Shown here: in pieces, positions 1-13,400 of the stretch
How the letters are laid out: the number at the start of each line of letters is the position of its first letter
Numbering within the stretch: position 1 is the first letter of the stretch
Source of the DNA: Felis catus
Lineage: Eukaryota
Reading direction: 5' to 3'
NCBI RefSeq assembly: GCF_018350175.1
Contig: NC_058368.1
Span: forward strand, 184,080,001-184,144,000
Length of the DNA: 64,000 nt
Program-made: the position numbers and the translations under genes
Notes under the pieces: generated by a model
The model's input: the letters and a program-made list of their open reading frames with translations, nothing else
Databases searched by the model: none
Told to the model about the DNA's origin: nothing

Positions 1-252
1 TGGTGATATTCTAAACATTGGGGAAATAATTAATTACAAAACAGGTAGTTGTTAGCCTATGCTCATCAGTAAAAAATTAGTGACATCCTATAATTCCTGA
101 AAAATAAGGAAACTGAAATAGCAAACACCCCTTTCCAAGGACAAATACCTATGTTTTATGCAGGGCATCCTCTGGTCCCTTTAGCGAATCTCCCAAATAA
201 TATTTAAGAAAATGTCAAAGCACTACCCTCTGGTTATAAAAATTAGCACTCT

Positions 253-420
253 GGGGTCACCTGGGTGGCTCAGTCAGTTAGGAGTCTGACTTCAGCTCAG
301 GTCATGATCTCATGGTTTGTGAGTTTGAGCCCCATAATAGGCTCTCTGCTGTCACCACAGAGCTCACTTTGGATCCTTTCTCTGACTCTCTCTCTCTCGT
401 TCAAAAATAAATAAACATTA
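253..420 (+). mobile_element. Can-SINE (SINEC, feliform type)
   Basis: GGGGTCACCTGGGTGGCTCAGTCAGTTA head, CT tract, AAAATAAATAAA tail; AAAAATTAGCA on both sides (TSD). Confidence 0.93.
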
Positions 421-453
421 AAAAATTAGCATTTTATTTTGAGAGATTCCAGA

Positions 454-455
<2 letters not shown>

Positions 456-486
<31 letters not shown>
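456..486. repeat. (TG)n microsatellite
   Basis: Direct reading, about 15 units. Confidence 0.97.
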
Positions 487-488
<2 letters not shown>

Positions 489-969
489 TTTTTAAGGGAA
501 AATCACCATTTGACAATGTAAATCTGGGAAATGGGGGGGCAAAGCATTTAACCTCCTGTGTTTCCCTTCTCATAACCATTAAAGTGAGAGTAAAAATATA
601 TTTTGTGCTTTTTTTTTCCTAAAGCATTAAATGAGTAAGATATTAGGAGCACTATATAAGTGAGAAAGGCACATATTTAAATAAAGATATATGCAATACA
701 TGGCATAAATAATATGATACATGATATTTGAGGAATACATGTATTATGTATATATATATATATATATATTCATACATTCATAAATAATTATTTGTTTGAT
801 AGAAATCTGAATAGTATGTGTTAAATGTAGATGGGGTGTCTTGAGGAACACAGATACAGACAAAGGCTGACCTTGACATTTGATTAAAGGGTCACTATAA
901 GCTATAGGAGAAGGATAAACCTGTATCCAGAGAGTAAACTAGCCTCCCACCTCCCTATCAGGGTGAGCT

Positions 970-1170
970 GATCATGGACTGTGCAGTCAGCCAGACTGGG
1001 TTTAAATCCAAACCCTCCATTTATTATTTATGTGATCTTAAAAAGATTATTTAAAGTCTGCTTTAAAAGCTGAGGTAACCAAATTACCTCATTCATAGAT
1101 TTGATGAGGGGTGTTGGTACTTGACATAATTCATGTAAAGAATTTGAGTTTCACTTAATGTTTAGTTGTT
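970..1170 (+). mobile_element. MIR SINE fragment
   Basis: GCCAGACTGGGTTTAAATCC...TGTGATCTT...CATGTAAAG resembles MIR consensus. Confidence 0.6.
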
Positions 1171-1369
1171 GTTGTTCCACAAGGTCTGCCTTATCCCAGG
1201 CCTTATATTGGCTGGTTATCAAATATTGGGCTGAGCTGTGATCAAGGAAAATAAGTAATTGATATAAGAAATGGCAAATATATCATTCCTCAAAATATTG
1301 GCCTTTCAGAAAAATGAAAATAAGGAATATGACTTAGGTTCAACTCTACAATTATGATAATAAAACCAT

Positions 1370-1560
1370 GCTATGTACTGAGTGACAGCTTAATATTGTG
1401 CCAGTCACCGTGCTAAATGTTTTGAATGCATGATCAAGTTTCTCAGAAACCATGAGAATTAGGTATATTATTATCATCTTTCTTTCTATAGATGAGGAAA
1501 CGAGAGTTCATTATGGTAAAATCATCAACCCATTGAGCCAGATGACTGATAAACAGCCAC
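1370..1560 (-). mobile_element. MIR SINE fragment
   Basis: TGTGCCAGTCACCGTGCTAAATGTTTT and TATAGATGAGGAAAC, the reverse-complement MIR core. Confidence 0.7.
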
Positions 1561-1836
1561 TCTCATTACAAAAAGTTTAAAGCACTATACAAACCATTAA
1601 TTTGAATAATACACTGGAAGGCTGAAGCAAAGGGAATTAAATTATTCATTACTTCAAAAAACTTTTAATCTATCAAGATAAATGCAGTAATGCACTTAAA
1701 GAAATATGAGAAAAATACAAAATGATTGTGTTCAAATTAAGTACATAATTATTGAGAAAATATAGATTAATAATTATTCAAATAGGAATGGAAGAAAACA
1801 TATTAGTGAAAAGGTATGAAGTGGAAATACTTCCTC

Positions 1837-1839
<3 letters not shown>

Positions 1840-1871
<32 letters not shown>
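1840..1871. repeat. (TA)n microsatellite
   Basis: Direct reading. Confidence 0.95.
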
Positions 1872-1875
<4 letters not shown>

Positions 1876-2784
1876 TTCATATATATTAAATTTAAATTTT
1901 AAATTTTCTTAAAAATTTATTTGTAATGACAGCTGGCTGATTTCTATTTATTTTATTCCTAATTCAATTTTTGCTAATATAGGAACAATGTATATTTATT
2001 CTGGTTAATGAACCTTGTCTTGTTTGAAGGAATCCAAAAGACATTATGATAACATGCTGTGCAAAGAAGCTGTTCTGTCTTAAAACAGGAATCTTAAGCT
2101 GACACTGTTATCGATCATGCACTGCCCGGTATAGTTTGAAACATTAAAAAAAAAAAAACTGTAGTTTTTCTAACACACATAATATTATCAAACACAGACA
2201 AGAAGTCTTAGCATAATGAGAGTGTTTTGCAAATGAGAAAGTACAGATAATTGCTGTTTGTTCTTGTTTTCATAGAACGAAGTGTAATTATTATTAACAA
2301 GAGGCTTGTTTCAATAATTATTTCTGGTTATCCCAGGGCACAAATGCATTGAAGCAGAAAACAATGCATTTTTACTCAAGAGTTTTTGTTCCTAGATCAT
2401 CTCTTATCACCACCAGAGGTTATGTATGAATGCTTGCTCTGAGTGTGTGCAAGTCTTAGTACTCTATAACCAAATATGTGTGATTTCTAATATCACATCA
2501 TTCTCTTGAAGATTAAGTACACTCTCTTCAATACTTAAAAAGAAATTATCTAACCATGCATAGTATTGTAGCACTGTTATTTTACTTAAGGGGAAAAAGA
2601 AGAACTCAAAGCATATATAATCAATTGGGATTTGAGATTCCAGGTAACAGATTACTACGCATCAACATATATTAAAAAAAAAAAAAAGAATGAGATGGTA
2701 CCCTTAGCAGTGACTTTGGAAACCTAGCAAGTAAATTCCTGTCATACTATTTGTTAAATATTGTTAATATCACCCCTGAACATA

Positions 2785-2990
2785 ATGATAACCATAAGAG
2801 TTAGTGAGCTCTTATTATGTATAGACACTATGTTAAGCACATTAAATCCTAGCATAAGTACTATTATTATCAATCTCTTTTACACATAAGAAAACTGAAA
2901 TATAAAATATTTAAGCAATTTTTCCAAAGTCATTCTGCTAAAAGGTGGTTGTACCAGGTAGTCCGGCACTATAGTCTAAGCCTTAACACA
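2785..2990 (-). mobile_element. MIR SINE fragment
   Basis: GACACTATGTTAAGCAC...TTTTACACATAAGAAAACTGA, the reverse-complement MIR core. Confidence 0.65.
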
Positions 2991-3886
2991 CCCCTCTAAA
3001 TTTATCCCAGACTTACATTATGTATGTGGTAATCTTTTATCCTGGATTGCTTCTAATTTTTTAATAAAAAACTAATTATCATAATGACTGTCAGAATCAA
3101 AGGTTCAACTATGTTGAAAGAGGGAAATATCTTTCAGGGTAGCACAGATAAGCTAAAATTCACTTAGAAGTAATGACAGAAAGGAGCCTAGACAGGCAGA
3201 TGGAATGTCTTATTTCTGGCAGTAGGCAAGAGAAGTGCCATAATGGATACAGGAAATTATTTTAGTTAGTATGAGCAAAACCCTGGCAAAAAATAGGGGA
3301 GGGACAATTAGGCCCATTGGCTTAAGTGGTGCCCGATATCTAGTAATGGGGCCAGGTTTTTAAGGCTATTATTCTAGCCACCCCAATAGGCAACCTCAAA
3401 TAAATTGACTTTATAGAACAGTTATCAGTAAAACAATAATACCCTTCCTTCTTCCAGAATAGGAGTATGAGTTGGGGTATCTTAGCAGACACTTGGAAAG
3501 ACTCAAGTACTCAATATTTTGGATGAGAAACTTAAATGTTTGGCTTGAAAGAATGAGGTATTCCATTTTTGTATATGCAAGGCACTGTAAACATATCCTT
3601 TGATTCCTATAAATCTTTTAAGCTTTGGGAAAGTACTGAAGTGACTCATTTGCCTAAGTGTCTGTTCTGTTATTAGAGTTTAAGAAAGTATACAACATGA
3701 CCCAATCACTTAAAAAAATAGTTACCTGTACTTATAGAACAAAATGTATTTTGGATATAAAATGATGAGTCATCCATCTTTACTTCATGGCTTTGAGCAA
3801 GAAAAAAGTAACATGTTTCATATTAGCTATATTTACCGTTAAGAAGCCAGACCCTGAAGGTGGAGATACAATATGTGTGAGAGTAT

Positions 3887-3887
<1 letters not shown>

Positions 3888-3924
<37 letters not shown>
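3888..3924. repeat. (CA)n microsatellite
   Basis: Direct reading; explains the CVCVCV ORF 3780..3995. Confidence 0.97.
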
Positions 3925-3927
<3 letters not shown>

Positions 3928-6182
3928 CATACCATACAATGCCTAGCAGATATCTGAATAGATGAACAAATGAAAAAATCAGAGTATAAATTCATTTGTT
4001 AGCTTACCAAAAAAATAAAAAGAGTTACTCAGAAATTAACAAGCTACCATGAGCATTTATCTCTTTGAGCAGCAAATGCAATGTGGACTTGATATAAAAC
4101 ATTACAATGGAAATCTCTTTTGAAATTTTGTGATAGTCTCAGGCTAAAATTAGGGTATTACCTCATTGCACAAAATCATCATACCTTTTCTATAAATTTG
4201 TCAAACTAGAAGGCATCTATAAAACTACTAATTTTTTGTATTTGTAGAATCAGTATAAGAAGTTCCTTCATTAGTTCCTACGTCTTGTGTCCAACTGTAG
4301 GCATTGATAAGTGAGTTTGCTGCTCTTTATGTTAACTAAACTCTTGTATTTGCAGTACCTACATGGTTGAATAGGCTTATATACAAATATGTATTCTGTG
4401 TGCTCATTTCTTATTGTAATCACATCAATTAATTATGCATTATGTTTGTGAATTTTAATGACTTATTTATACTCATTATACAAGTATAATTATATTCCCC
4501 CAAAATATATGTCATTCTAGAGTAAAAGGAAAGGCTAGGAGAAAAGTCCTCTCTAAATAGATATTAGTAGATAAAATTAGCATGCAGAGAAAACTTCAAT
4601 GAAGATGAGATGGCTGGTTGGGGTTTTATCAAACGTTTTAAACAGGGCTCCTTAGCTATTCCTCTGAACACGGCAAAAAGTTACACTTTCATCAGCTCTA
4701 AAAATAAAGAGCAGAAAATACTCTTGCCAAACAATCTGACTAGAATGTTCCTTTCCCCTATTCCATCCTCTCAGAACATTTCAAAGCCAATAATCAACAG
4801 ATGCATTTGCATCACAACACGTGATCCTTCGCAGCAAACACACAACCTACACACATATACACACACTCACACTGGTTAAGGAAATGATTTTCTCTGACAG
4901 ACCATCATGCTAATGTGGTCTTTGTAAATCATGTAACTCAGCCACAGAAGAAAAGACTTCTGTTTTTCTACACCAGTAGGAAACTACTGAGAGCAATCAC
5001 ACACTAGGCATGGTTTAAAATGCTTTCTATGTAATATCTCATTTAACACTCATTATAATTATATAAGAAAAATGCTATTACAATTGTATAGATGAAGAAA
5101 AGAAGGCATGGAAAGTCTGCTGATGCTGCTCACCCAGAAAATGTCAAACTAGATGGCCTGATGCTAACATTTGCTCTCACTATCATTATGTTACAGAGAT
5201 CCGGAGACAAGGCTCAAGTCTGTTTTGCTGGTTTAGTATTATTTTTAATAAAATAAGCAGCAGGCTCTACTATGAACCACAGATTAAATGAGGATCGTGG
5301 AGATGGGCCAGGTTAAACTATTGAAGAGTAATATACAAAAGTCACTCAGGTGATTAAGTTTATTTAGAGTCATTAATTAGCATTATCAAAACTTCTATTT
5401 CATGTAAACATGAGCTCATACATGTTGTGTAGAGCTTAGAAATTTCTAACAAATATACGGAAATTGTAATTCTGGTGTAAATTGCAAAGCCCTTTTGTCT
5501 TCTTTCCCAACATAAATCACAAAGCTCATTTGAAAATGAGATCATGAAGATGTTGGTTTCCAGCTTGAGAAAGCCTGCCTAGCATGAACCTAAAGAGGAC
5601 TTAACAGCTGAATTATCTCATGATAAACCTATTAAAGATTCATAATTCCTTGAGTTTTAATTGGGTGTGATTGATCCCTATTAGAGTATTTGTGGGTAGT
5701 AAAGTAGCCTAAGTGGTTCTCTCTTCCTCTAATTAAAAATTGCCCATGTTTGTTGAACTTGATTACTGAAGACAACATGAAATACTGTTTTATGAGAACC
5801 ATCGTGGTAGTGACAAATTTCAGACTTTCAGAAAAGGAATTTTACCTGCAAGATCTCTTTCTGCAGAAAAAAAAAAATGGGCTGTTCAAACTACTTTCTT
5901 AAATGCACCTTACCTCTTATATTTTGCTTAAAAACTATACAGTATCATATTTCTTCTATTTCTTTATGTGTCCATATACTGTTGAGAGAATTTTGTAATG
6001 TTAATACATGTGCCTGTTACCTAGTTGCAAAAATTATGAGCTCATAGTGAATCCTGATCCATTCATATTTCTATTAATTCCTCTCATTACAGATTATTTT
6101 GAATACCCAAAACATACCATTTTATCTGTAAATAGGTCACTTTATATATACCAGATAGAGGCTCATCAAAAATGAGTAAATG

Positions 6183-6403
6183 AGGGGCGCCTGGGTGGCA
6201 CAGTCGGTTAAGCGTCCGACTTCAGCCAGGTCACGATCTCGCGGTCCAGGAGTTCGAGCCCCGCGTCAGGCTCTGGGCGGATGCCTCAGAGCCTGGAGCC
6301 TGTTTCCCATTCTGTGTCTCCCTCTCTCTCTGCCCCTCCCCCGTTCAAGCTCTGTCTCTCTCTGTCCCAAAAATAAATAAACGTTGAAAAAAAATTTAAA
6401 AAA
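6183..6403 (+). mobile_element. Young full-length Can-SINE (SINEC_Fc-like)
   Basis: GGGGCGCCTGGGTGGC head, B-box GTTCGAGCC, CpGs mostly intact; perfect 15-bp TSD AAAAATGAGTAAATG (6168-6182, 6404-6418). Confidence 0.98.
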
Positions 6404-6419
6404 AAAAATGAGTAAATGC

Positions 6420-7740
6420 TATCAAATATCTTTCAGTATCCATTGTCTTCTAATTTTCTTATAAAGCTGTTTTAATACTTCATGTTGTTTAAAGTAGGAT
6501 CTAAATAAAGTAGGATCCACTTACAGATAAGTTTCTTAATTATCTCCTAAAATATAGATTATCACTTTCTCTTTTCTTTATAAATTTTTGTTAAATAAAA
6601 TAAAACATTTGTCCTGTACAGTTTCCCACCGTTTGGATATTGCTCTTGGATCCTCTTACAGAGTAAACAGGTTAACTCTGCCGCCTATATTTTCTCCAAG
6701 CTGGTAGTTAAATTACATCTAAAGGACTGATGAGATTCTGGTTTGATTTTTCTGGAGCGTGGAGGACAAGACGACATTACAGGTAGTGCAGTTTTCTTCC
6801 ACAAAAAAATTACCTAAATGTTTTTCCATCAGGAATTACAATATGTGTACATATCTTTTTGAAACATTAATAGAAATTGATTATCATTGCCAAGATTAAT
6901 GATTTCATTTTAGCTTTCAAAATAGTGAAATTCTAATCCTATCATTTATTTGTTTATTCATGAAATATTTTAGCAAAGAAAAATTTTCTTTATCAATTAT
7001 TTGGTTACCTTGAGACACGGTTTATATACCAAATCAGAAAAAAAAGATATTTGAGAGCTTCCTTTTATTTGCCAGTTTTCAAAATTATGACTTTGTTCCC
7101 TAGCATCCTACTCAAAGGAACAATGGTGTTTTTATTCATTTATTTGTTTGATTTAGTACCGTTACAAACTTATGCATTGAAATGTACTGCAGTTGTTATT
7201 CTTATTGATGCATCACATTGTTAAATGTTTGACCAGTGGAACATATCCAGGTAAATACTCAGCCGTTTTGAAGAGACTCTGATAGTCTATCAAACCTTCC
7301 TGCTTTTCTGGTAATATGTTGCAGGCTCATTTTATGTTTCTGTCCTACACTTGAATTAACTATTTCTCTTAGAAGCCCTAAAAGCTTTTTGTAGAGAATG
7401 GCACTTAAATTCCAAATTCTGGGGGTGCCTGGGTGACTCAGTCAGTTAAACATCCAACTCTTGATTTCGGCTCAGGTCATGATCTTATGGTCATTAGTGA
7501 GATCCAGTCCGCTTCAGGCTTTATGCTTCAGCACAGGGCCTGCTTGGGATTCTCTCTCTCCATCTCTCTCTCTCACCCTCCCCTCCATCAAAATAAACTT
7601 AAAAGAACTAAATCTCAGATTCTGTCTACTTTTTTCAAAGCATATGAGAAAAGAGAAAATAAATGATTTACGCCTTACTCATATTATTCAAATTTTTGTC
7701 ACCTTTATGTGAATTTATGATAGCATTTAACTGTTTCTTT
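6420..7740 (-). mobile_element. Ancient L1 (L1MC-like) 3' region, interrupted by a SINE
   Basis: T-rich decayed tract; CAGGCTCATTTTATGTTTCTGTCCTACACTTGAATTAACTATTTCTC is the reverse complement of an L1MC 3' motif also seen on + near 24.57 kb. Confidence 0.6.
7421..7605 (+). mobile_element. Can-SINE (older)
   Basis: GGGGGTGCCTGGGTGACTCAGTCAGTTAA head, CT tract, AAAATAAAC tail. Confidence 0.92.
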
Positions 7741-8949
7741 TTTTGTTAAATGAGTTAATGTATTTCTCATACAATATAAATAAGTTACTTAAGTTTATTT
7801 ATAAGGAACAAAAGCAATACCTTTTTCTGACTAAAAACTACATCAAACTAAAATTAACAGCTATACTTTTTTTATAGATTAGAATGTAAAAGCAATAGAT
7901 CTTATTTTATTTCACACAAAATGGCTTGGAAGGCCTAGAAATTGACCATGAGAATTTCATATAGATGTGGGAAATTGTTTTCTTGAGCTCTGAGAATTAG
8001 GGACTGGAAATTTTTTCCTGATTTACAACATTCTCCCTTTCCATCTTTTTCAAATACTGACTTGAAACCACACTACACATAATTTTTTTTAGGAGGTGAT
8101 ACACAGTCATCATGAAAGGACTGACAAAAGTTAATATGGACTAAGTTTTTCTATCACAAATATATTTTAAAGACTTTTTTTCTATTTTTCTATTTTATTT
8201 CCTCTTTCCTACCTTTTTTGTTGTTCCTTCTTTAGCTTTCTTCCTATGATATGCCTAAAAATAATTCTTATGAGCCTACATCTGTTCAGGAACTTGGAGG
8301 CCTTCCATATCTGGTTACTATGGAGTAATTTGACACAGGCCAGTGTCCATCTACTAAGAATGAATATAAAATCTAGATTTGTTTTTAAACCAGTATTTGA
8401 AAGCATCACACATCAACCAGGGAGCCAACCTTGGATGGTCAAGATCTTAGAAAGAAGAGAATTGTTTGCGCTGAGAGTGGTTTTTACCTCTGCATTTCTA
8501 CGTGTTGTTGTATGTGAGAAGTGGTAGTGCAAGAGGACTAGAAACAAGCAAAAAAATGGTAGCTTAGAGTCTTTGGTCATTTCTTAGGACTAGGGGAACC
8601 AAAAGAGTGGTGTTCTTTATTGATTTTATCTCAAGCAATTTGCTTACTCTTATTATGGGACAAGAAGTAACAAAACAAACAAAAAGTGGCTCCCAAGTGG
8701 TTAAAAGCTAAGCAGAACTGAAGAAAAAAAAATGAAATTCAAAGATTATCAGAGAGGGGGAGCTATGGGAAAAAAACACTGCCATTACTCAATATTCATG
8801 ATGGGCTGGCTATATTCTCGTAGGAAAGACAAAGCAGATGTCAACCAGATCTCACATAGAATGAAAATAAACCTTGAAAAATCTCAGTCTCTAATGAATG
8901 AAACTAATCTGCTAATGAAATAGTCTACCAAAAGGAAAACAAAGAGCCT

Positions 8950-10460
8950 TCTCTGGAAAAATAAAATACAGAACTTCTATAATTTTTCATACATTCAATG
9001 ACAAATGACTAGGAGACAGGAACAAATGACCAAAAACCAAAAGAAAAAAGATCAATAAAATCAGATCCCCAGATGACCTAGATATTAGCATAATTAGACA
9101 CGGATTTTAAAATAACAGTGATTAGCAAGAAAATAAATGATATAATAAAAACTATAAAATAAAAATAAAATAAAAGGAAAGACAAGAAAACTTCTAGGTA
9201 AAAAAAGTAGAATAACTGAAATCATGAATTTGATGGATGTGTTTAACAACAAAATTATAAAAAGCAGAACAAGGTTTGATTAGTGAAATGGAATATAGGT
9301 GAAAAGATATGTATATTGGAAGTTAGAGAAAATAATTTGAAATATTCAGAAGAAAATATGAGATATTTAAGAATGGTGAAAGTACGCAATGTAGAGTCTC
9401 ACTTAAAAAAAAATGGGCCAAAGCAATATTTACAAACATATTGGCCAAGAATCTCCCAAGCTTAAAAATGATCCTAAGCCAATGATGTCAAAAGCTCTAT
9501 AAACTAAAGCTGGGAAAATGCAAGAAAATCCATACCTAACTATACTACAATAAAATAGGTAAAAAACAAGGAATATTTAAAATAAAAAGAAACCAAAGGA
9601 AAAGAGACATTATCTTTAAAAATGAAAATAATGAGTGACAGTTGCCTTTTCAGCATAAATGAATATATACTAGAAGACAGATGAGTGACATTTTTAAATG
9701 CTGAAAGAAAATAACAACCATCATTGAAAATATCCTTTAAATAATTAAGGTAAAAGTAAGATGTTCTTAGAAAGAGGAAAACTGAGAGAATTTGTCAATC
9801 ACAAACCTACATTAAAGGAAAAGCTAAAAAGAGTTCTTTAGTCAGAAAGAAAATGGTTGGAAACATAAGGAAGGAAATGACTGGAGAAGTAAAGAACATG
9901 AAAGGATGAATAAAGTGAACATACACCTAAATCTAAAGGAATATTGACTACATAAAACAATAATAATACACTCTGGTTACCTTTAAAATTCATGAAAAAT
10001 TAAAAACAAACAGTAGTAAAAAATGTGGGGGTAGGGAAGAGGGAATAAGGGGTTATGGATATTAATACATCTAGAACATACCTGTTCCAGTAGAACAAAG
10101 CAACAACAAAGGCAATAGATAAATAGAAAAATTGAACAACACAATTTACAAATTGAACATGACTGGCAAATACAGAACACTACAACCAATAATTGTACAA
10201 TGCAACTTTTTTTTTTAAAGAACATGGATCATTTACCAAAAGTGACTGTATTCTGTGTTATAAAAAATATCTCAACAAATTTCACAAGACAAATTCATAC
10301 CTGGTATAGTATGTAACCATAGCAAAATAAGCTAGATACCAATAACAACAAAAATGAGAGCATTTTCAAATATATACAAATGGAGGACGATACTAAAGAT
10401 AATGTATGAGTCAAAGAAAAATGACAATGGACAGAGTTCAGAAATATTCTGAAATATGGT
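8950..10460 (+). mobile_element. Ancient L1M remnant: decayed ORF1 and part of the ORF2 endonuclease
   Basis: A-rich; GAAAACTGAGAGAATTTGTCA...ACATTAAAGGAA resembles ORF1 3' end; 10150-10350 resembles EN motifs (YRTL.P, HG.F.K.D, LNKF); many stops and frameshifts. Confidence 0.8.
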
Positions 10461-13400
10461 GTTCAGGAGACGAAAATATAAAAGTACTTAAAGGAATGTC
10501 GTAGGGGTGGCTTGATAACAATGCCTACATGGTATGCAAACATGCAAAGCATAATTTTCATTTTAGCCAGTCACACTGGTGTCATGGAGACAGAGGTCAA
10601 CTGATGGAGTATCTCATATTTCCGCTGCTTGGTGTGTGTTGTACAAATTCAGTTTGGGTTAGATTTAATAGAGGCAAGTATGACAGACGGAAGGTGATCA
10701 CCATGTCCGAGAGCTACATACAAACTCTTTGAATCTTATGAAGAGGAACCCACTGCCTTAGTCAAATGATTTCATGTACATGCCTTGAAAGACAAATTGC
10801 TCCTGTAATGCTTAACATGAACTGAAAGCAAAAACAATTAGTATGGTGGATGCTATTTTAAGGGAAAAATGTTTTCTTCACACAGCAGATGCAGGAACAT
10901 AAGGCCAGCAGTGGGTATCAATGCTAAACTGTCACTGAATTACACAAAAACAACAGGCTATAACAAAATAACTAGTGTTTTCAAACTTGCTATTTTAAGA
11001 TTGAGCCCTTTGCCAATATCCCTTAAAAAAATATGATGTCCATCTACACTAATTTGCTTTGACATATGTCTTGTTAAATGAGAAGTCTCGGGATCAAACA
11101 GGAAATCTAATGTTTATGTGACCAAAACCACGTAGTAAGATTGCAAAGTAAGTTAGATTTTTTTTTTCATGTTTTTCAGTCCTAGGACAGAGTCTGTTCA
11201 TTACATTTAAATTCTTGCATCTTCAGTGACATATAACGTTGCCTCTCTAACCTGATATTCTGCCTTATATTTATATCACATTATTCAAATGAGGAAAATT
11301 GACTCATTACAGAAAAATAATTGGCATTTATAGAGTAGTGGGATCATTCATCTAAAATTTCAAGTACAAAATGGCCCATAAGTTACAAATTATCTGACAG
11401 AGTAAGCAAGGGAATTTTAAATATTATTTTTGCATTTTTTCCAATTCATATGAGTGTGACAGTGTACTTCAAGGTATAGTATCAAGTTAGAGTACTGAAA
11501 ACCCCTTATGGTCAAAAGTATCCTTCAAAATTCCCTAAATGTCCTATAAAATGTATGTGGGTTTGTGTATACAACCCTCTACAATAATTTTAAGCACCCT
11601 AATATGTAAGAATCACTGAAATAAGAAAAAAGAAAAGAAACAAAGGAATGACTACATGAAGATGTGTCTGCATTGATTTCTATGTGCTTTAAAAAAAAAA
11701 AAAGGAAATCCAAGGGAACACAGAAGTTTTCAAGTCCCTAGAGATAAATGAGGGATGCCTGTAGATTTCAATTTCAATATAAATTTTATATATGTTAATA
11801 ACTGCCATTTACTGTTAAATATACTTTAAGCTGTGGCTCTTCTGTATCTTCTCTTAAATTGTTATGTATTTTGTGTAAATGGAAAAAATACAGCCATCTG
11901 AAAGTTTTAACTGAAAGAGAAATGAAACCAATATATACTGTTCATATTTTAGAATATTTTAATACATTTTTAATTACTAAATGCTTTTTCATGACCAAAA
12001 GGTATTAACCTTCAGTTACTACAAGCAAAAATATTTGTGTTTATTTTGCTTTTCCATGAGTATGATTTTAAGGCTATGGCAAAGGCATCACAATTGTGAG
12101 CTTTGGCCTTGATAATGATCTATTATAAATGGCCTTGCCAACTTCAGATTCTCTTGTAATTTACTCTTCCCATTCTGGCCAAACAAGATCTTTCCTATGC
12201 TATCCTTTTAATTTTTCGTATTCCAAAACCTTTTCTGCTTCCTTATATTTTGCTTACCAAAGTACACACAAACATCATATTTGACCTCTCTGCAGTTTTT
12301 GAGTCTTCTTTCTTCCATCTAATTGCTTGTGCCCTACAGGGTTATCAGCCACTCTCCTTTCTATGCCTTGAATTTTCTGATTCTGTTGCATGCATTTTGT
12401 CCTTTTCCTAATCTGCAGTATTACCTCTGAATCTCTGTTTGTTATAATCTTTAACATTTCAGCTACAGTATCTTCATGACAATTTACCCCAAAACAGCTC
12501 TGTATCTTTAGGTCTTTTTTAGTACAAACTAAAAAAAGAAGAAAGAAAACTGTCTCATTGTTCTTAGGCATACTTCTCCCTCAGGCACATAAATAGTTTT
12601 CCTCTTCAGTTCTTTCTTCTTCCACTCCTTCATTCCCTCCCTCATTTACAGGGACCCTACTGCTTGCCATAAAAATATACTTACTCATTTCATACACATC
12701 CTTTCTAATGCTCTCAACAACCTTGTGCAGTATTATTAGTTCGATTTGACAAACCTATAAACTAAGGTTCAAAGTAAGTTACAAGGAGGAAAATCAAATC
12801 AAAAAATAGTATCATAGTGACGTTTGCTACTTTTTATGGAACATCTACTATGTTTTAGTTTGTTTCATTAAATAAACGTTTTGCCCATGTTGCATCATTT
12901 TGTCTCCAAGAAACAACTCAATGACATAGTTATTATAGGCGAATAAATGTCCCTTAGTTTGCTTACAATATCATACGTGATTGCTTTTTTCACATTATGA
13001 TAGCTAAATTTTAATGTGACCTTTCTCGAAATAGCTTTATGTCTCCTGAGAAGTCAACTGGGTGATTTATGCATAGCCCACTGCTACTGAATGACCGTTC
13101 ATTTTAGAGATTAATGTTCCCCAATCCCATAGCATCTGGGGATGCCAAGTGAAAAAAAAGGGGGACAAAATGAGCATCAGGAAAAGATGGCACAAAACCA
13201 AAACTTAAAGCTTTTTCTCCCTACCCTCCACCCCCATTTCTCAATCACCATCTTCTTCCTCCCAAGCCTCCTTCCATAGAAGATATGAACTTGTGAGCTG
13301 CTATACTTTAATGGGTAATACCATTTCCATAATCACTCCAGCCATGCAGAAGCATTGCCCTCTACTCCTTGTTATTGCCTAGTTTCTGGCAGTTCCAGAA

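Noticed and set aside
2342..2371. 10-bp stem hairpin AAATGCATTG/CAATGCATTT, and short local duplications near 6490, 22377, 24957, 45690 and 56672
   Set aside because: Short and AT-rich; ordinary slippage or chance
6183..6270. tRNA-like A and B boxes in SINE heads
   Set aside because: tRNA-derived SINE promoter followed by CT tract and A-tail; not a tRNA gene
6180..6380. ORFs with the AQSVKRPT...LSLSL pattern (also 7433, 16799, 26567, 29658, 38306, 39100, 50151)
   Set aside because: Translations of Can-SINE sequence, not genes
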